Shown here one piece after another: positions 28,253 to 38,250 of a stretch of 62,744 bases of DNA. Both the position numbers and the translations under genes were made by a program. The DNA lies in contig JAPJNA010000046.1 in NCBI GenBank assembly GCA_026461395.1, positions 1 through 62,744 on the forward strand, in the 5' to 3' direction. The first letter of the stretch is position 1, and every line of letters starts with the position of its first letter. This DNA comes from Chthoniobacterales bacterium. Lineage in GTDB: Bacteria; Verrucomicrobiota; Verrucomicrobiia; Chthoniobacterales; UBA6821. The notes under the pieces were generated by a model. That model was given only the letters and a program-made list of their open reading frames with translations, was not told the origin of the DNA and searched no databases.

Positions 28253-30634
28253 ATGAACAACGAGCCATTACCATCTTCCCCTGTGAATAAATCCTCTACC
28301 GCTGGAGAAATCCCCTCTTCCCCTACCCCGTATGAGGAGGAGCGTCTTTCCGTTCTCCAGAGCTTCGATCTCCTAAACAAAGAACCAATCCCCATTCTCG
28401 ATATCCTCTGCCAGTACACCGCCACTCATTGTGGTGTTCCCACGGCAGCCATCACGCTGGTAGATCGGGAAAAGATCCTGCTCAAGTCTGTCGCAGGAGT
28501 GATCAAGCCCCTAGAAATCGAGCGCACGACGAGCTTCTGTGCCAATGCCCTGATTAGTAGGGAGAAGGTCTTTGTCGTTCCCGACACATTTCTCGATCCG
28601 CGGTTTGCCTCCAATCCCCAGGTCACGCAGGAACCCTTCATTCGCTTCTATGCATCCGTGCGACTGACCACCACCACAGGTCAGGACATCGGATGTTTCT
28701 GCATCATGGATACCAAGCCGGGAACACTCTCAGAGGATCATGCAGAGTTTCTGACAGGCATGGCCAAGCAGGTCATCAAGTACCTGGAGGGTGAAAAGAC
28801 GAAAAAGGATCTTGCCCGCCTGCTCCTTCTTGAAAAAGAGGTCTATAACAAGCTCCTGCTCACCTCGGCGAACCTAGCATCCGTAGCACCCACCTTTGAC
28901 GAGGCTCTCCAGAGCATGATCCTCCATCTTGATCCAAAGCTCGGATGGCTCTCGGCCCGCATCCGCAACATGCAGACCGGCGGCACCACGGGGATCACAT
29001 ACAACCCGATCCTACCCGAGGATCCCGAGCTCCCCCTGCTCTGGAACCGCCTCGATAGTCAGTCCAGCCACCCCAGGCTGGAAGTGCCCCAGACGGACTT
29101 CATCAACTCCGCCCCGCTCCGCCCCGAGTACTCCCATCTGGTAGTTCCGGTACGGATCCGTGAGCGGCTTGTCGCCGTGATGGAGTTTCTCTATCCGGAT
29201 CATCGCAATGCGGATCCCCGGATTCGTGATGTCTTCAACCTCATCGCGGCCAATCTCTCCATCGTCGCAGAACGCGAACTCCTGAACATCGATCTGAAGT
29301 ACAAGTCAGAGCACGACCACAACTCAGGAGCGCCGAACCGCGAACTCTTCGTCCAGAGGCTGGATCGGATCCTTCAGGAGGGGAGCCTCATGAGCAATCG
29401 GAAACTGGTGCTCTTCTGCTTCGACATCAATGGTTTCCAGTCGATCAGCGACGACTTCGGCTACGAGGCCGGAGTCGAAGTACTCCGTGAGATCACCAGA
29501 AGGGCATCAAAGTTCTGCTCGGGGGATGACACGATCGGGCGACTTGTCGGCGGGGAGTTCCTTCTGCTCATTCATGAGAGAGAGCCCTACAGCTCACTCG
29601 AACTCACCATCAAGCGGGTGACATCCAACCTGAGCGGCGAGTTCCAATATGGTGATGCCAGCATTGATATCCAATTGAGCATAGGTTGTGTGGCCCTTGG
29701 TTCTGCCGAAGGATCCTCAGCCGAACTCATCCGCCGTGCCGAGGAGGCTATGCACCGCGTCAAGAACGGACAGAATCGCGGAATCTGCGTTGCCGATGAG
29801 CAGGTCACGCGGGAGTTCCTCTACAAAAGGGCGATGAACCGCACGGTCAAGGATGCGGTGAAGAACAACAGAATCTCACTCTACTATCAGCCGATCGTCG
29901 AGTTAGCCACGGGTAGGATCGTGGGGGCGGAGGCCCTGATGCGTCTGGTGAATCAGGATGGAAAACTTCTAGAGGCCAAGGATTTCATCGACTCCATGCA
30001 TAGGATGCGTCTGCTGGGCCAGATCGATGCCTGGGTCATCTCAGAGGTGCTTCTCATCTTGAAGGAAAACAAGAGCTTTCGGGATATGATTCCCGACTTC
30101 TATTTCTCCCATAATGTTACGCCTGAGGTCATCTGCCGGGAGGACTTTCACGAGCACTTCATCGCACAAGTCGAGCGATCCGGCGCACCCGCAAACGGAA
30201 TCCACATCGAGATCACCGAACAATCGATCATCCCCAACAACCAGATCCCCAACAACCAGATCCCCAACAACCAGATCCTAATCAATAACCTCAAGGTAAT
30301 GAAGGATTATGGCATCAAGGTATCTCTGGATGATTTCGGCACGGGATACAGCAATCTTCAGATCATCGCGCAATACCCGGTCGACATTATCAAGATCGAT
30401 CGCTCCTTCCTCACAGGGATTGTCTCCGGAAATACCGTGATGAACAACCTCTTGCGCTCCATCACCGACATTGCCAAGAACTTTGGCTGCAGCATGGTGG
30501 CCGAGGGAATAGAGCAACAGGCCGAGGCAGAGCACCTCCTCTCGCTGGGATGCACCCATGGACAGGGATATCTCTTCGGGAAGCCAATGCCTCTAAAGGA
30601 ACTCCACGCACTGGTCATGAAGCAATCAGGCTAA
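28253..30634 (+). CDS. GAF-degenerate GGDEF-EAL protein (likely phosphodiesterase)
   Basis: Paralog of the previous gene; VGGEF degenerate site; EALMR, DDFGTGYS; start at MNNEP. Confidence 0.9.
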   Translation: MNNEPLPSSPVNKSSTAGEIPSSPTPYEEERLSVLQSFDLLNKEPIPILDILCQYTATHCGVPTAAITLVDREKILLKSVAGVIKPLEIERTTSFCANALISREKVFVVPDTFLDPRFASNPQVTQEPFIRFYASVRLTTTTGQDIGCFCIMDTKPGTLSEDHAEFLTGMAKQVIKYLEGEKTKKDLARLLLLEKEVYNKLLLTSANLASVAPTFDEALQSMILHLDPKLGWLSARIRNMQTGGTTGITYNPILPEDPELPLLWNRLDSQSSHPRLEVPQTDFINSAPLRPEYSHLVVPVRIRERLVAVMEFLYPDHRNADPRIRDVFNLIAANLSIVAERELLNIDLKYKSEHDHNSGAPNRELFVQRLDRILQEGSLMSNRKLVLFCFDINGFQSISDDFGYEAGVEVLREITRRASKFCSGDDTIGRLVGGEFLLLIHEREPYSSLELTIKRVTSNLSGEFQYGDASIDIQLSIGCVALGSAEGSSAELIRRAEEAMHRVKNGQNRGICVADEQVTREFLYKRAMNRTVKDAVKNNRISLYYQPIVELATGRIVGAEALMRLVNQDGKLLEAKDFIDSMHRMRLLGQIDAWVISEVLLILKENKSFRDMIPDFYFSHNVTPEVICREDFHEHFIAQVERSGAPANGIHIEITEQSIIPNNQIPNNQIPNNQILINNLKVMKDYGIKVSLDDFGTGYSNLQIIAQYPVDIIKIDRSFLTGIVSGNTVMNNLLRSITDIAKNFGCSMVAEGIEQQAEAEHLLSLGCTHGQGYLFGKPMPLKELHALVMKQSG
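30230..30278 (+). repeat. In-frame 15-bp tandem repeat x3 (IPNNQ)
   Basis: ATCCCCAACAACCAG x3 followed by ATCC. Confidence 0.95.
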
Positions 30635-30706
30635 GCAGGAGTCTCAGCTATGCGACCAGAGCGGTCGGGTCATCTGTGATGAATTAGTCAAAATCATAAG
30701 GTTCTT

Positions 30707-32299
30707 ATGAAAGACATGCCCTCCAGACGGATCACGCAACCTATCAGGCAGAGGATCCTTCTCTTGAGGCGAAATATTCTCGCCCTCTGTGCGCTAACCG
30801 TGATCGCACTCTGGGGTGTGGTCCTCTACGCGCTCCACATCGAGTGGATCAATCGTCTGAAGGAGGAGAAGGTGGCACTCATACGCCATGCCAGCATCAT
30901 CTCGGGCAAGATCCACGACTCACTCGTCGATGCGAGCAAGATCATCGATGCGGTACGCACGGCTATCGAAAAGCAGATCAGCGTCGCATCTCCGGATCGA
31001 CGTCAAGCTTACGAGGTCATTCGCACGGTCATTCAGAACTTCAGCATCTACAACTCGGGCGACACATTGGGTCTGCTTCTCTACCTGGACAAGAACGGCT
31101 TTCTTACTGCCCAAAGCGGGGTCTACCCCTCCCCTGCCTATGATCTCACGGAGAGGGGCTATTTCCGTTCCCTTAGGGATGATCCCTCCAGGAAGTTTTC
31201 CATCGGCAAGATGAGGACAGCCATCACCACGGGCAAGCAGGTTTTTCACCTGTCAATGGCGCTACATAGCCCCCAGGGTGGGTTTGCGGGGGTGGTCGCA
31301 TGTCAAATCAGAGAGAAAGAACTCGCTGAGTCCATCGATCACATGCTCAAGGGGATCCACAACCAGATCCTGGTCCAGATCCCGAGTGATGGAACCGCCT
31401 TTCTTTATCCCACGACAGGTGAGATCCCCAAACAGGAGTCCCTGCTCAACGAGGAACTCCTGAGAGGCATCACCGGGAATCGGCAGGAAAGTGGACTGAT
31501 TGGTAATGAAGAAACTGGAACACTCAGAATCAGCGGAGCTAACTCGGCGTTTCGGGAAACGACTTATGTCGGATATGTAAGGGATCCCCTCTTTGGACTC
31601 CTCACCACAGCCAGAATTCCCGAATCGCAAATCATGAGAAGCTTTCTCCTCCAGAACGAATGCCTTATCGGACTGGCCATCCTGACTTCCCTGGGAATCA
31701 GCATCCTCTTTTATAGACTCTATCGAAAGGCGCTCTCGCTGGATAAATCGATCCATGAGGCTTCCTTCGACCACCTCACCCTGATCAGGAACCGGCGCTC
31801 TCTGGAGAAGGAGTTTCACCGTCTCTGGCGTGATGCGTCTCGTCGCAAGAAACCAATCAGCTTGCTCTTCATCGATATCGATCGGTTCAAGCAATTCAAC
31901 GACACGCACGGCCATGCAGCGGGTGATCGAGTGCTGATGGCAACGGCTCTCGTGATAAATCGCTCCCTAAACCGCCCCCTCGATCTCTGCTGTCGATGGG
32001 GTGGCGAGGAATTCCTAGCCCTTCTACCCGAAACAACGGCTCAGGAAGCCCTCTTCGTTGCAGAGCGGATCAGGCAACGCATCGGCATGATGAAGCTGAA
32101 GTTTCATGGAAAACCTCTTTCCCATATCACCCTGAGTATCGGTATTGCTGCAACCATGTCCCGGGTGCAGGCAGAGTTCCTGCACGAGTCGAAGTCTGGG
32201 ATTTATGAGCGGATCACCCCGGAGGATCTCATCGCCCGGGCCGACAAGGCCCTCATGCAGGCGAAGGAGTTGGGACGCGATCGGGTTATCATTGGCTGA
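30707..32299 (+). CDS. Membrane sensor (Cache-like) diguanylate cyclase
   Basis: Two TMs flanking a periplasmic domain; DIDRFKQFND, RPLD I-site, RWGGEEF. Confidence 0.92.
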   Translation: MKDMPSRRITQPIRQRILLLRRNILALCALTVIALWGVVLYALHIEWINRLKEEKVALIRHASIISGKIHDSLVDASKIIDAVRTAIEKQISVASPDRRQAYEVIRTVIQNFSIYNSGDTLGLLLYLDKNGFLTAQSGVYPSPAYDLTERGYFRSLRDDPSRKFSIGKMRTAITTGKQVFHLSMALHSPQGGFAGVVACQIREKELAESIDHMLKGIHNQILVQIPSDGTAFLYPTTGEIPKQESLLNEELLRGITGNRQESGLIGNEETGTLRISGANSAFRETTYVGYVRDPLFGLLTTARIPESQIMRSFLLQNECLIGLAILTSLGISILFYRLYRKALSLDKSIHEASFDHLTLIRNRRSLEKEFHRLWRDASRRKKPISLLFIDIDRFKQFNDTHGHAAGDRVLMATALVINRSLNRPLDLCCRWGGEEFLALLPETTAQEALFVAERIRQRIGMMKLKFHGKPLSHITLSIGIAATMSRVQAEFLHESKSGIYERITPEDLIARADKALMQAKELGRDRVIIG

Positions 32300-32544
32300 G
32301 TTGGAATTTTGTCGAGAGGCGCAGAGATAGAAGAAAACTCATAGGGATCCGTAACGGCTGCGTAGCAAAGAGATGTGTAAAGCAAAGGGATGAAAGGGAT
32401 GGGGGGGTAGATTCGCACGAGAAATCTTATCTTGTATTATATTGCCCCGAAATATAACGCTTAGAAACTAACCAGTTCGTTTTCATAGTTCGTTCAATGC
32501 TTTAGTTATTATACACCTTAGCCCCAACTGTACCCCCGCAGGTA

Positions 32545-34053
32545 ATGCTCACTGGAAAGCCGACATCCCGAAAAAAGATCAAGCGATTCTTTCTCCTGAT
32601 CCTAACGCTGGTCCTCATCATCGGCGGTCTCTCGGTTTATTCTGCATGGAGATCTTGCCTACTGAAGACAGAGGATCAGATGAAGCGGGATGCCTCCGCA
32701 GTCTCACTTCTGGTTAATAACTCGCTGGAGTCCGGCCTCAAGATCCTCAGGCTTACAGAACCGAGAATCACAGGGAAAATCCTACACGGCAAAGATGCTT
32801 GGAAAAATCCGGAGTTAAGCGCGGTGCTGAGTTCCTGCATGGAAGAGTTCGGTCTGACCTCCAGCAATGATCAGTTGGGCTTCCTGATCCTGCTTGATGC
32901 GTCGGGATATCTGATCGCCAGAAGCGGGGAAGATCCCCACAGGAAGTTGGATTTCTCCGACCGCTACTTCTTCACGGATCTCAGGGATAATCCTTCCAAG
33001 CAATTCACGGCAAGCTCCCTACGGATTTCCGAAACAACGGGGTCGCCAGCCTTTCATATCGCTATTCCACTCAGGAACTCTAAGAGCTCTCCAAAGCCCC
33101 TCCTCGGTGTTCTTTCCCTACAAATCGACGCGGAAAAGATAGACCGTGAGCTTGAGAAAATCGTGCAGAACCCTGGGGAGCGAATCGTGATGATGATGTC
33201 CAATGGAATGACCATCTTCCAATACCCACTACCACCCCTTCCCCAGGCGACAGATCTCTTGGAGAACAGTCGTGTGATTCAGGGACCGATGGCAAGCCAT
33301 GTGATGCAAGGAGGGGGAGCGTTTCTTGGATCCGTTGGCAATATTGCGGCTAGGAGCCATGTGATCACACTCCCCCACGACAAATTCGGACTATCCACTT
33401 CCGTGCTGATACCCCGCCAGAGTATCGCAACGGCTTTTTGGAGTGTGAACTCACACCTGCTCTACCTGACCGTGTTAACGATTCTGTTAATAGGACTTTT
33501 TTACATAGGGGTTTGCTCGCAGACGCGAAACCTCGAGAAGGCTATCTTCGATTCCAAGACGGATAGTAACACGGGTCTTTGGAACCGTAGGCACCTTGAG
33601 GAAGAACTTACCCGTTTACTCTCCCAAGCGCTCCGTACCAATTCGCCACTCAGTGTGCTCTTCATCGATATTGATCATTTCAAATCCTTCAACGACACCA
33701 ATGGACACGATCTGGGCGACAAGGTGCTCAACGCAGTCGCCCAATGCATCACCAATATGGCAAAACGCCCTCTGGACTGCAGTTGCCGCTGGGGCGGTGA
33801 GGAGTTCGTGATGGTGTTGCCGGAAACGAGTCCCGAGGATGCCGTGAAAATCTCTAATCAATTGATGGCGATGGTTGGACGGATTGAGATAGGCCAATTG
33901 TCTAAGATCCCGAATCACGCGATCACCATCAGCGTCGGTATTGCCAGCACCGCCCTCTCCCCTGATGCGACACCCGATGAACTGATTGTGATTGCGGATC
34001 ATGCGATGCTCCGAGCCAAGGAGGAAGGTCGAAACCGGGTCGTTCTGGCTTAG
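32545..34053 (+). CDS. Membrane sensor (Cache-like) diguanylate cyclase, paralog
   Basis: DFSDRYFF, DIDHFKSFND, RPLD, RWGGEEF. Confidence 0.92.
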   Translation: MLTGKPTSRKKIKRFFLLILTLVLIIGGLSVYSAWRSCLLKTEDQMKRDASAVSLLVNNSLESGLKILRLTEPRITGKILHGKDAWKNPELSAVLSSCMEEFGLTSSNDQLGFLILLDASGYLIARSGEDPHRKLDFSDRYFFTDLRDNPSKQFTASSLRISETTGSPAFHIAIPLRNSKSSPKPLLGVLSLQIDAEKIDRELEKIVQNPGERIVMMMSNGMTIFQYPLPPLPQATDLLENSRVIQGPMASHVMQGGGAFLGSVGNIAARSHVITLPHDKFGLSTSVLIPRQSIATAFWSVNSHLLYLTVLTILLIGLFYIGVCSQTRNLEKAIFDSKTDSNTGLWNRRHLEEELTRLLSQALRTNSPLSVLFIDIDHFKSFNDTNGHDLGDKVLNAVAQCITNMAKRPLDCSCRWGGEEFVMVLPETSPEDAVKISNQLMAMVGRIEIGQLSKIPNHAITISVGIASTALSPDATPDELIVIADHAMLRAKEEGRNRVVLA

Positions 34054-34067
34054 CGGCCACAAGATTT

Positions 34068-34093
34068 TCCCGCAGAGGCGCTGAGACGTTGAG
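34068..34093. repeat. Solo degenerate CGCAGAGG-family arm
   Basis: TCCCGCAGAGGCGCTGAGACGTTGAG, about 15 nt after the stop codon. Confidence 0.7.
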
Positions 34094-34185
34094 GAAAAAT
34101 TTCATAAGATTGTCCGGTTAGACGTTCTTGGAACTAAGCGTTTCTACCAATTGAGGGATCGGGAGACCGGGGTGATCCTCTCCCT

Positions 34186-34923
34186 ATGAACCACACTCAG
34201 TATGACTCTGGAAATTCTGGCGTCTTGGAGGAATTCACCAGAACGGCTCATGTCCCCATCTTGGGCAATGGCAATTCCCTGATCGCAGACTGGACGATGC
34301 CAGCTAATGCAAGGGGTGTTGTCCTCTTTGCCCACGGTAGCGGAAGCGGCAGGCAGAGCTCACGCAATAGGGCCGTCGCTAGGTATCTGGTCAGTCGGAG
34401 CATAGGCACCTTCTTGATGGATCTCCTGAGCATTGAGGAGGAGAGGATCGACAATGTGACCCGTCATCTCCGCTTCGACATTCCCTTGCTCGCCAAGCGA
34501 CTCGAGTTGGCAACTCACTGGATACGCTCTCAACCCGAGTCGAGGGATCTGCCCCTCGGTTACTTCGGTGCAAGCACCGGTGCGGCGGCCGCACTCGTGG
34601 CCGCGGCAAAACTGCAGGATGAGATATCAGCTGTCGTCTCTCGCGGGGGGCGCCCCGACTTGGCCGGCAGCGCCTTGGCAGACGTCACCGCCCCCACACT
34701 GCTGATCGTGGGAGGAAGGGACCCTGAGGTCGAAGACCTCAATAGACAAGCTCTGGCACGCCTCACATGCAATAGGAAGCTCTCGATTGTCCCAGGGGCC
34801 ACACACCTCTTCGAGGAATCGGGTACCCTCGATCAGGTGCAGCTCCTGGCGGCCAATTGGTTTCTGAAACAATTCCCCGTTCCGGAACCGATAACCATGA
34901 ATAAGGGAGGAGATTTCCGATGA
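34186..34923 (+). CDS. Dienelactone-hydrolase-family alpha/beta hydrolase
   Basis: FAHGSGS, GYFGASTGA, SRGGRPDLA, GATHLFEE. Confidence 0.9.
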   Translation: MNHTQYDSGNSGVLEEFTRTAHVPILGNGNSLIADWTMPANARGVVLFAHGSGSGRQSSRNRAVARYLVSRSIGTFLMDLLSIEEERIDNVTRHLRFDIPLLAKRLELATHWIRSQPESRDLPLGYFGASTGAAAALVAAAKLQDEISAVVSRGGRPDLAGSALADVTAPTLLIVGGRDPEVEDLNRQALARLTCNRKLSIVPGATHLFEESGTLDQVQLLAANWFLKQFPVPEPITMNKGGDFR

Positions 34924-35591
34924 TGCGATTCAACGACAGAAAGGAGGCGGGCCAACTGCTCTCACTGGAGCTGGCACGATACAAGGATGGTAGAGACGTG
35001 CTCGTACTCGCACTGCCACGAGGAGGAGTTCCGGTGGCTCATGAGATCGCTTCGGTACTTCATTGCCCACTCGATGTGCTCGTGGTGAGGAAACTGGGTG
35101 TTCCGGGACACGAAGAGATGGCTATGGGGGCTATCGCAACAGGCGGAATCCGCCTGATTAACCCGGATATTGTCTCCGCACTCGGAATCTCTCCTGAAGC
35201 CGTCGAGGATGTCGAGCGCAAGGAGGAGGCGGAGCTATTTCGCCGTGAGAGAAGCTATCGTGGAAATCGCGGCCCGCTCGACACAAGGAACAAGACAATC
35301 ATCTTGGTCGATGACGGCATCGCAACGGGAGCGACCATGCAGGCGGCGATTGCCTCTCTGAGGCAGCGTCGTGTCAGGAAGATCATCGTGGCTTCTCCAG
35401 TTGCTCCTCGTTCGGTGGTCTTATCACTCCGTCGCGTGGCTGACGATGTGGTCACGATGTTGAATCCGGAAGACTTCGGCGGAGTGGGACGTTGGTATGA
35501 GGATTTCTCCCAAACCTCCGATGAGGAAGTGCAGCAGCTTCTAGAGGCCGACCATGAGGTCTCCCTAACCACACACCTCCATGAAAACTGA
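34920..35591 (+). CDS. Phosphoribosyltransferase-family protein
   Basis: LALPRGGVPVA, VRKLGVPG, LVDDGIATGAT. Confidence 0.92.
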   Translation: MMRFNDRKEAGQLLSLELARYKDGRDVLVLALPRGGVPVAHEIASVLHCPLDVLVVRKLGVPGHEEMAMGAIATGGIRLINPDIVSALGISPEAVEDVERKEEAELFRRERSYRGNRGPLDTRNKTIILVDDGIATGATMQAAIASLRQRRVRKIIVASPVAPRSVVLSLRRVADDVVTMLNPEDFGGVGRWYEDFSQTSDEEVQQLLEADHEVSLTTHLHEN

Positions 35592-36936
35592 GACTGAGAT
35601 CCTACGGAAATCGGTGATTCCCCTCACCGGAGGCCCCGCTGATTTCGACCCGCTGATCGAACGGTCACGGAACAAGCGGGTAGTACTTCTGGGCGAGGCT
35701 TCCCATGGAACCCATGAGTTCTACAAAATTCGCGCCGAGATCACGAAACGACTGATCCGTGATCTGGGATTCAATGCGGTCGCTGTGGAGGGTGACTGGC
35801 CGGACGCTTATCGAGTGAACTGCTTTGTGCAGGGAATAGGAGGCGATTCGGAGGCAATCGATGCGCTGGGAGGATTCAAACGCTTCCCCCAATGGATGTG
35901 GCGCAATACCGATGTCCTCGATTTCATTGGTTGGCTCAGGAACTGGAATGAATCTGTTGAGGACTACCACCGAAAGGGACATCATGACGGGAAATTCGCA
36001 ACGGGTTTTTTCGGTCTGGATCTCTACAGTCTGAACGCCTCGATGAAGGCTGTGGTTGATTCCCTCCAAGAGATCGACCCGGCCTCAGCGAAGCGAGTAG
36101 CCACGCATTACTCATGCTTCGACCATTATGACAGCGACACTCAGCGCTACGGACTTCTGGCCGGCTCTGGGATGTCCGAGAGCTGCAGGCAGCAGGTAAT
36201 TGCTGCGATTGCTGAACTCCATGTACACAGGGATTCCTATCTGGGGCGAGACGGCACACGTGCAGCGGATGATTTCTTCGATACCGATCAGAATGCACGT
36301 CTGGTCCATGACGCGGAGGAGTACTACCGGACGATGTTCCGCCACGATGTCTCCTCATGGAATCTTCGGGATCGTCACATGATGCAGACGCTACTGCTCC
36401 TGATGCACCATCTCAAACAGACACGACTCAGGGCGAAGGTGGTAGTCTGGGCCCACAATTCACATCTCGGCAATGCCTCTGCCACCTCGATGAAGCAACG
36501 AGGGGAGTTCAACATCGGCCAGCTTGTCCGGGATCATTTTCAAGAGGAGGCGCTCGCCGTGGGATTCACGACGCATCACGGAACGGTCACTGCTTCCTCA
36601 GACTGGGATGGAGCAGCAGAATGTAAGCGTGTCAGACCGGCTCTCCCGGACAGCTACGAAGAATTCTTTCACGAAACGGGGGTCCCCAACTTCTGGCTCG
36701 ATTGTCACGCCGATCCGAAAGTCGAACAGATCTTGAGGAATCCACGTCTGGAGCGTGCCATCGGGGTGATTTACCGGCCCGATACAGAGCGACAGAGCCA
36801 CTACTTCAGGTCGACGCTTCCCGATCAGTTCGACGCCATCCTTCACTACGACGAGACCAGGGCGGTGGAGCCGTTGGAACGCACCGTGGAATGGACTGCA
36901 GGTGAAGTCGACGAAACCTACCCCAGCGGGCTTTAG
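35581..36936 (+). CDS. Erythromycin esterase family protein
   Basis: LGEASHGTHEFY, EGDWPD, WNLRD, WAHNSH, ERAIGVIY. Confidence 0.92.
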   Translation: MKTETEILRKSVIPLTGGPADFDPLIERSRNKRVVLLGEASHGTHEFYKIRAEITKRLIRDLGFNAVAVEGDWPDAYRVNCFVQGIGGDSEAIDALGGFKRFPQWMWRNTDVLDFIGWLRNWNESVEDYHRKGHHDGKFATGFFGLDLYSLNASMKAVVDSLQEIDPASAKRVATHYSCFDHYDSDTQRYGLLAGSGMSESCRQQVIAAIAELHVHRDSYLGRDGTRAADDFFDTDQNARLVHDAEEYYRTMFRHDVSSWNLRDRHMMQTLLLLMHHLKQTRLRAKVVVWAHNSHLGNASATSMKQRGEFNIGQLVRDHFQEEALAVGFTTHHGTVTASSDWDGAAECKRVRPALPDSYEEFFHETGVPNFWLDCHADPKVEQILRNPRLERAIGVIYRPDTERQSHYFRSTLPDQFDAILHYDETRAVEPLERTVEWTAGEVDETYPSGL

Positions 36937-36946
36937 TCCTAAGTTT

Positions 36947-37093
36947 TCCCGCAGAGGCGTAGAGGCGTGGAGGAGGATGACAGATGAATAAGATCTGTGT
37001 TGGTCTTGGTAAGGAGACCCCGAAGAAACCCAATCTCTACAAAATCATTTTCCCTCCTAATTCCTTTCTCCGCGCCTCTGCGCCTCTGCGGGA
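36947..37093. repeat. Gene-less CGCAGAGG-family inverted doublet
   Basis: TCCCGCAGAGGCGTAGAGGCGTGGAG (36947-36972) and CTCCGCGCCTCTGCGCCTCTGCGGGA (37068-37093). Confidence 0.85.
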
Positions 37094-37224
37094 GTAATTC
37101 CTAAGTTACCTGAATTCCACATCCATCATCCCATTTATCCCCTTCATCCCTGTAAAATCATTTCAGCTCTCCGCGATTGCTAGCCCGGCCGTTGCTTCGC
37201 AACCGTGACGGCTGCGGGATTACT

Positions 37225-38250
37225 TCACCCTTCTGCCACTTCTTTTTTCAATGGCAGGAGCCAGGAGAAGAATGCGGCCATGGCGAGGGCAGTAACAATG
37301 ATCCCAAGCGACCAGACTGTCGGGAAGTGACCATGGAAGTGAGGATCTAGCCAGAACATCTTCAGGCCCACAAAGCAGAGGATGAATCCCAGCCCGTACT
37401 TGAGGTAATGGAACTTGGAGGCCATTCCAGCCAGAATAAAGAACAGAGCCCGTAGCCCTAGGATCGCGAAGATATTCGACGTGAACACGATGAAGGGTTC
37501 CTTCGTGATGGCAAAGATCGCAGGGACACTGTCGACAGCGAAAACGATATCGGTGAACTCGATGAAGATCAGCGTCAGGAGCAGTGGCGTCCCGATGAGA
37601 CGGCCCGATTCCCTGATGAGGAACTTCCCATCGTGCAGACCCGGTGATATTGGCAGAAACTTCTTCAGGAGGCGGAGGAGGATATTATGAGCCGGATCAG
37701 GATGGGACTCAGGACCGAAGGCAACCTTGAGACCCGTGATAGCCAGGAAGACTCCGAAAACGAGCGGAACCCAGGAGATCTGCATTAGCACCGATCCGAG
37801 GGCGATGAAGAGGGCGCGGAAGACGATGGCTCCCAGAATGCCGTAGAAGAGGATCTTATGACGGTACTTCGGCGGGATCGCGAAGAAGTCGAAGACCACA
37901 AGGAAGATGAAGAGATTGTCGATTGAGAGGCTCTTCTCAACCAACCAACCGGAGAGAAACTCGAGACTGCACTGCTTGGCGAGAACCCTGGGGTCGTATC
38001 CGGCCAGCCTCGGATCCTGAGGAAAGACATGCAGTCCGTAGAAGTAGAGGCCTCCGCAAAAAAGCAGAGCCAAGGAAACCCAAAGAAGCAGATTGCAGAG
38101 GGCCTCCCGGTGACCTATCTCATGCTCATTCCCATTCCTGCGACGCATGTCCAGAAAGAGACTTCCAAGAATCATGAGGAGAAAGAGTCCGTAGAGCCAC
38201 CAGACGCGCTCCATGGGAAAGAGCTCTGGATGATAAGCGGCGGCGATCAT
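37225..38250 (-). CDS. TerC/Alx family metal homeostasis membrane protein
   Basis: EKSLSIDNLF, GILGAIVFR, DIVFAVDSVPA, TSNIFAILGLR. Confidence 0.93.
   Translation of the reverse strand: MIAAAYHPELFPMERVWWLYGLFLLMILGSLFLDMRRRNGNEHEIGHREALCNLLLWVSLALLFCGGLYFYGLHVFPQDPRLAGYDPRVLAKQCSLEFLSGWLVEKSLSIDNLFIFLVVFDFFAIPPKYRHKILFYGILGAIVFRALFIALGSVLMQISWVPLVFGVFLAITGLKVAFGPESHPDPAHNILLRLLKKFLPISPGLHDGKFLIRESGRLIGTPLLLTLIFIEFTDIVFAVDSVPAIFAITKEPFIVFTSNIFAILGLRALFFILAGMASKFHYLKYGLGFILCFVGLKMFWLDPHFHGHFPTVWSLGIIVTALAMAAFFSWLLPLKKEVAEG

Noticed and set aside
16226-36936. Integrative island at tRNA-Leu
   Set aside because: Content looks accessory, but I found no integrase and no duplicated tRNA 3' end by eye.
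35581-36936. Macrolide resistance gene
   Set aside because: Family-level similarity only; the context matches the widespread PRTase-associated subgroup.
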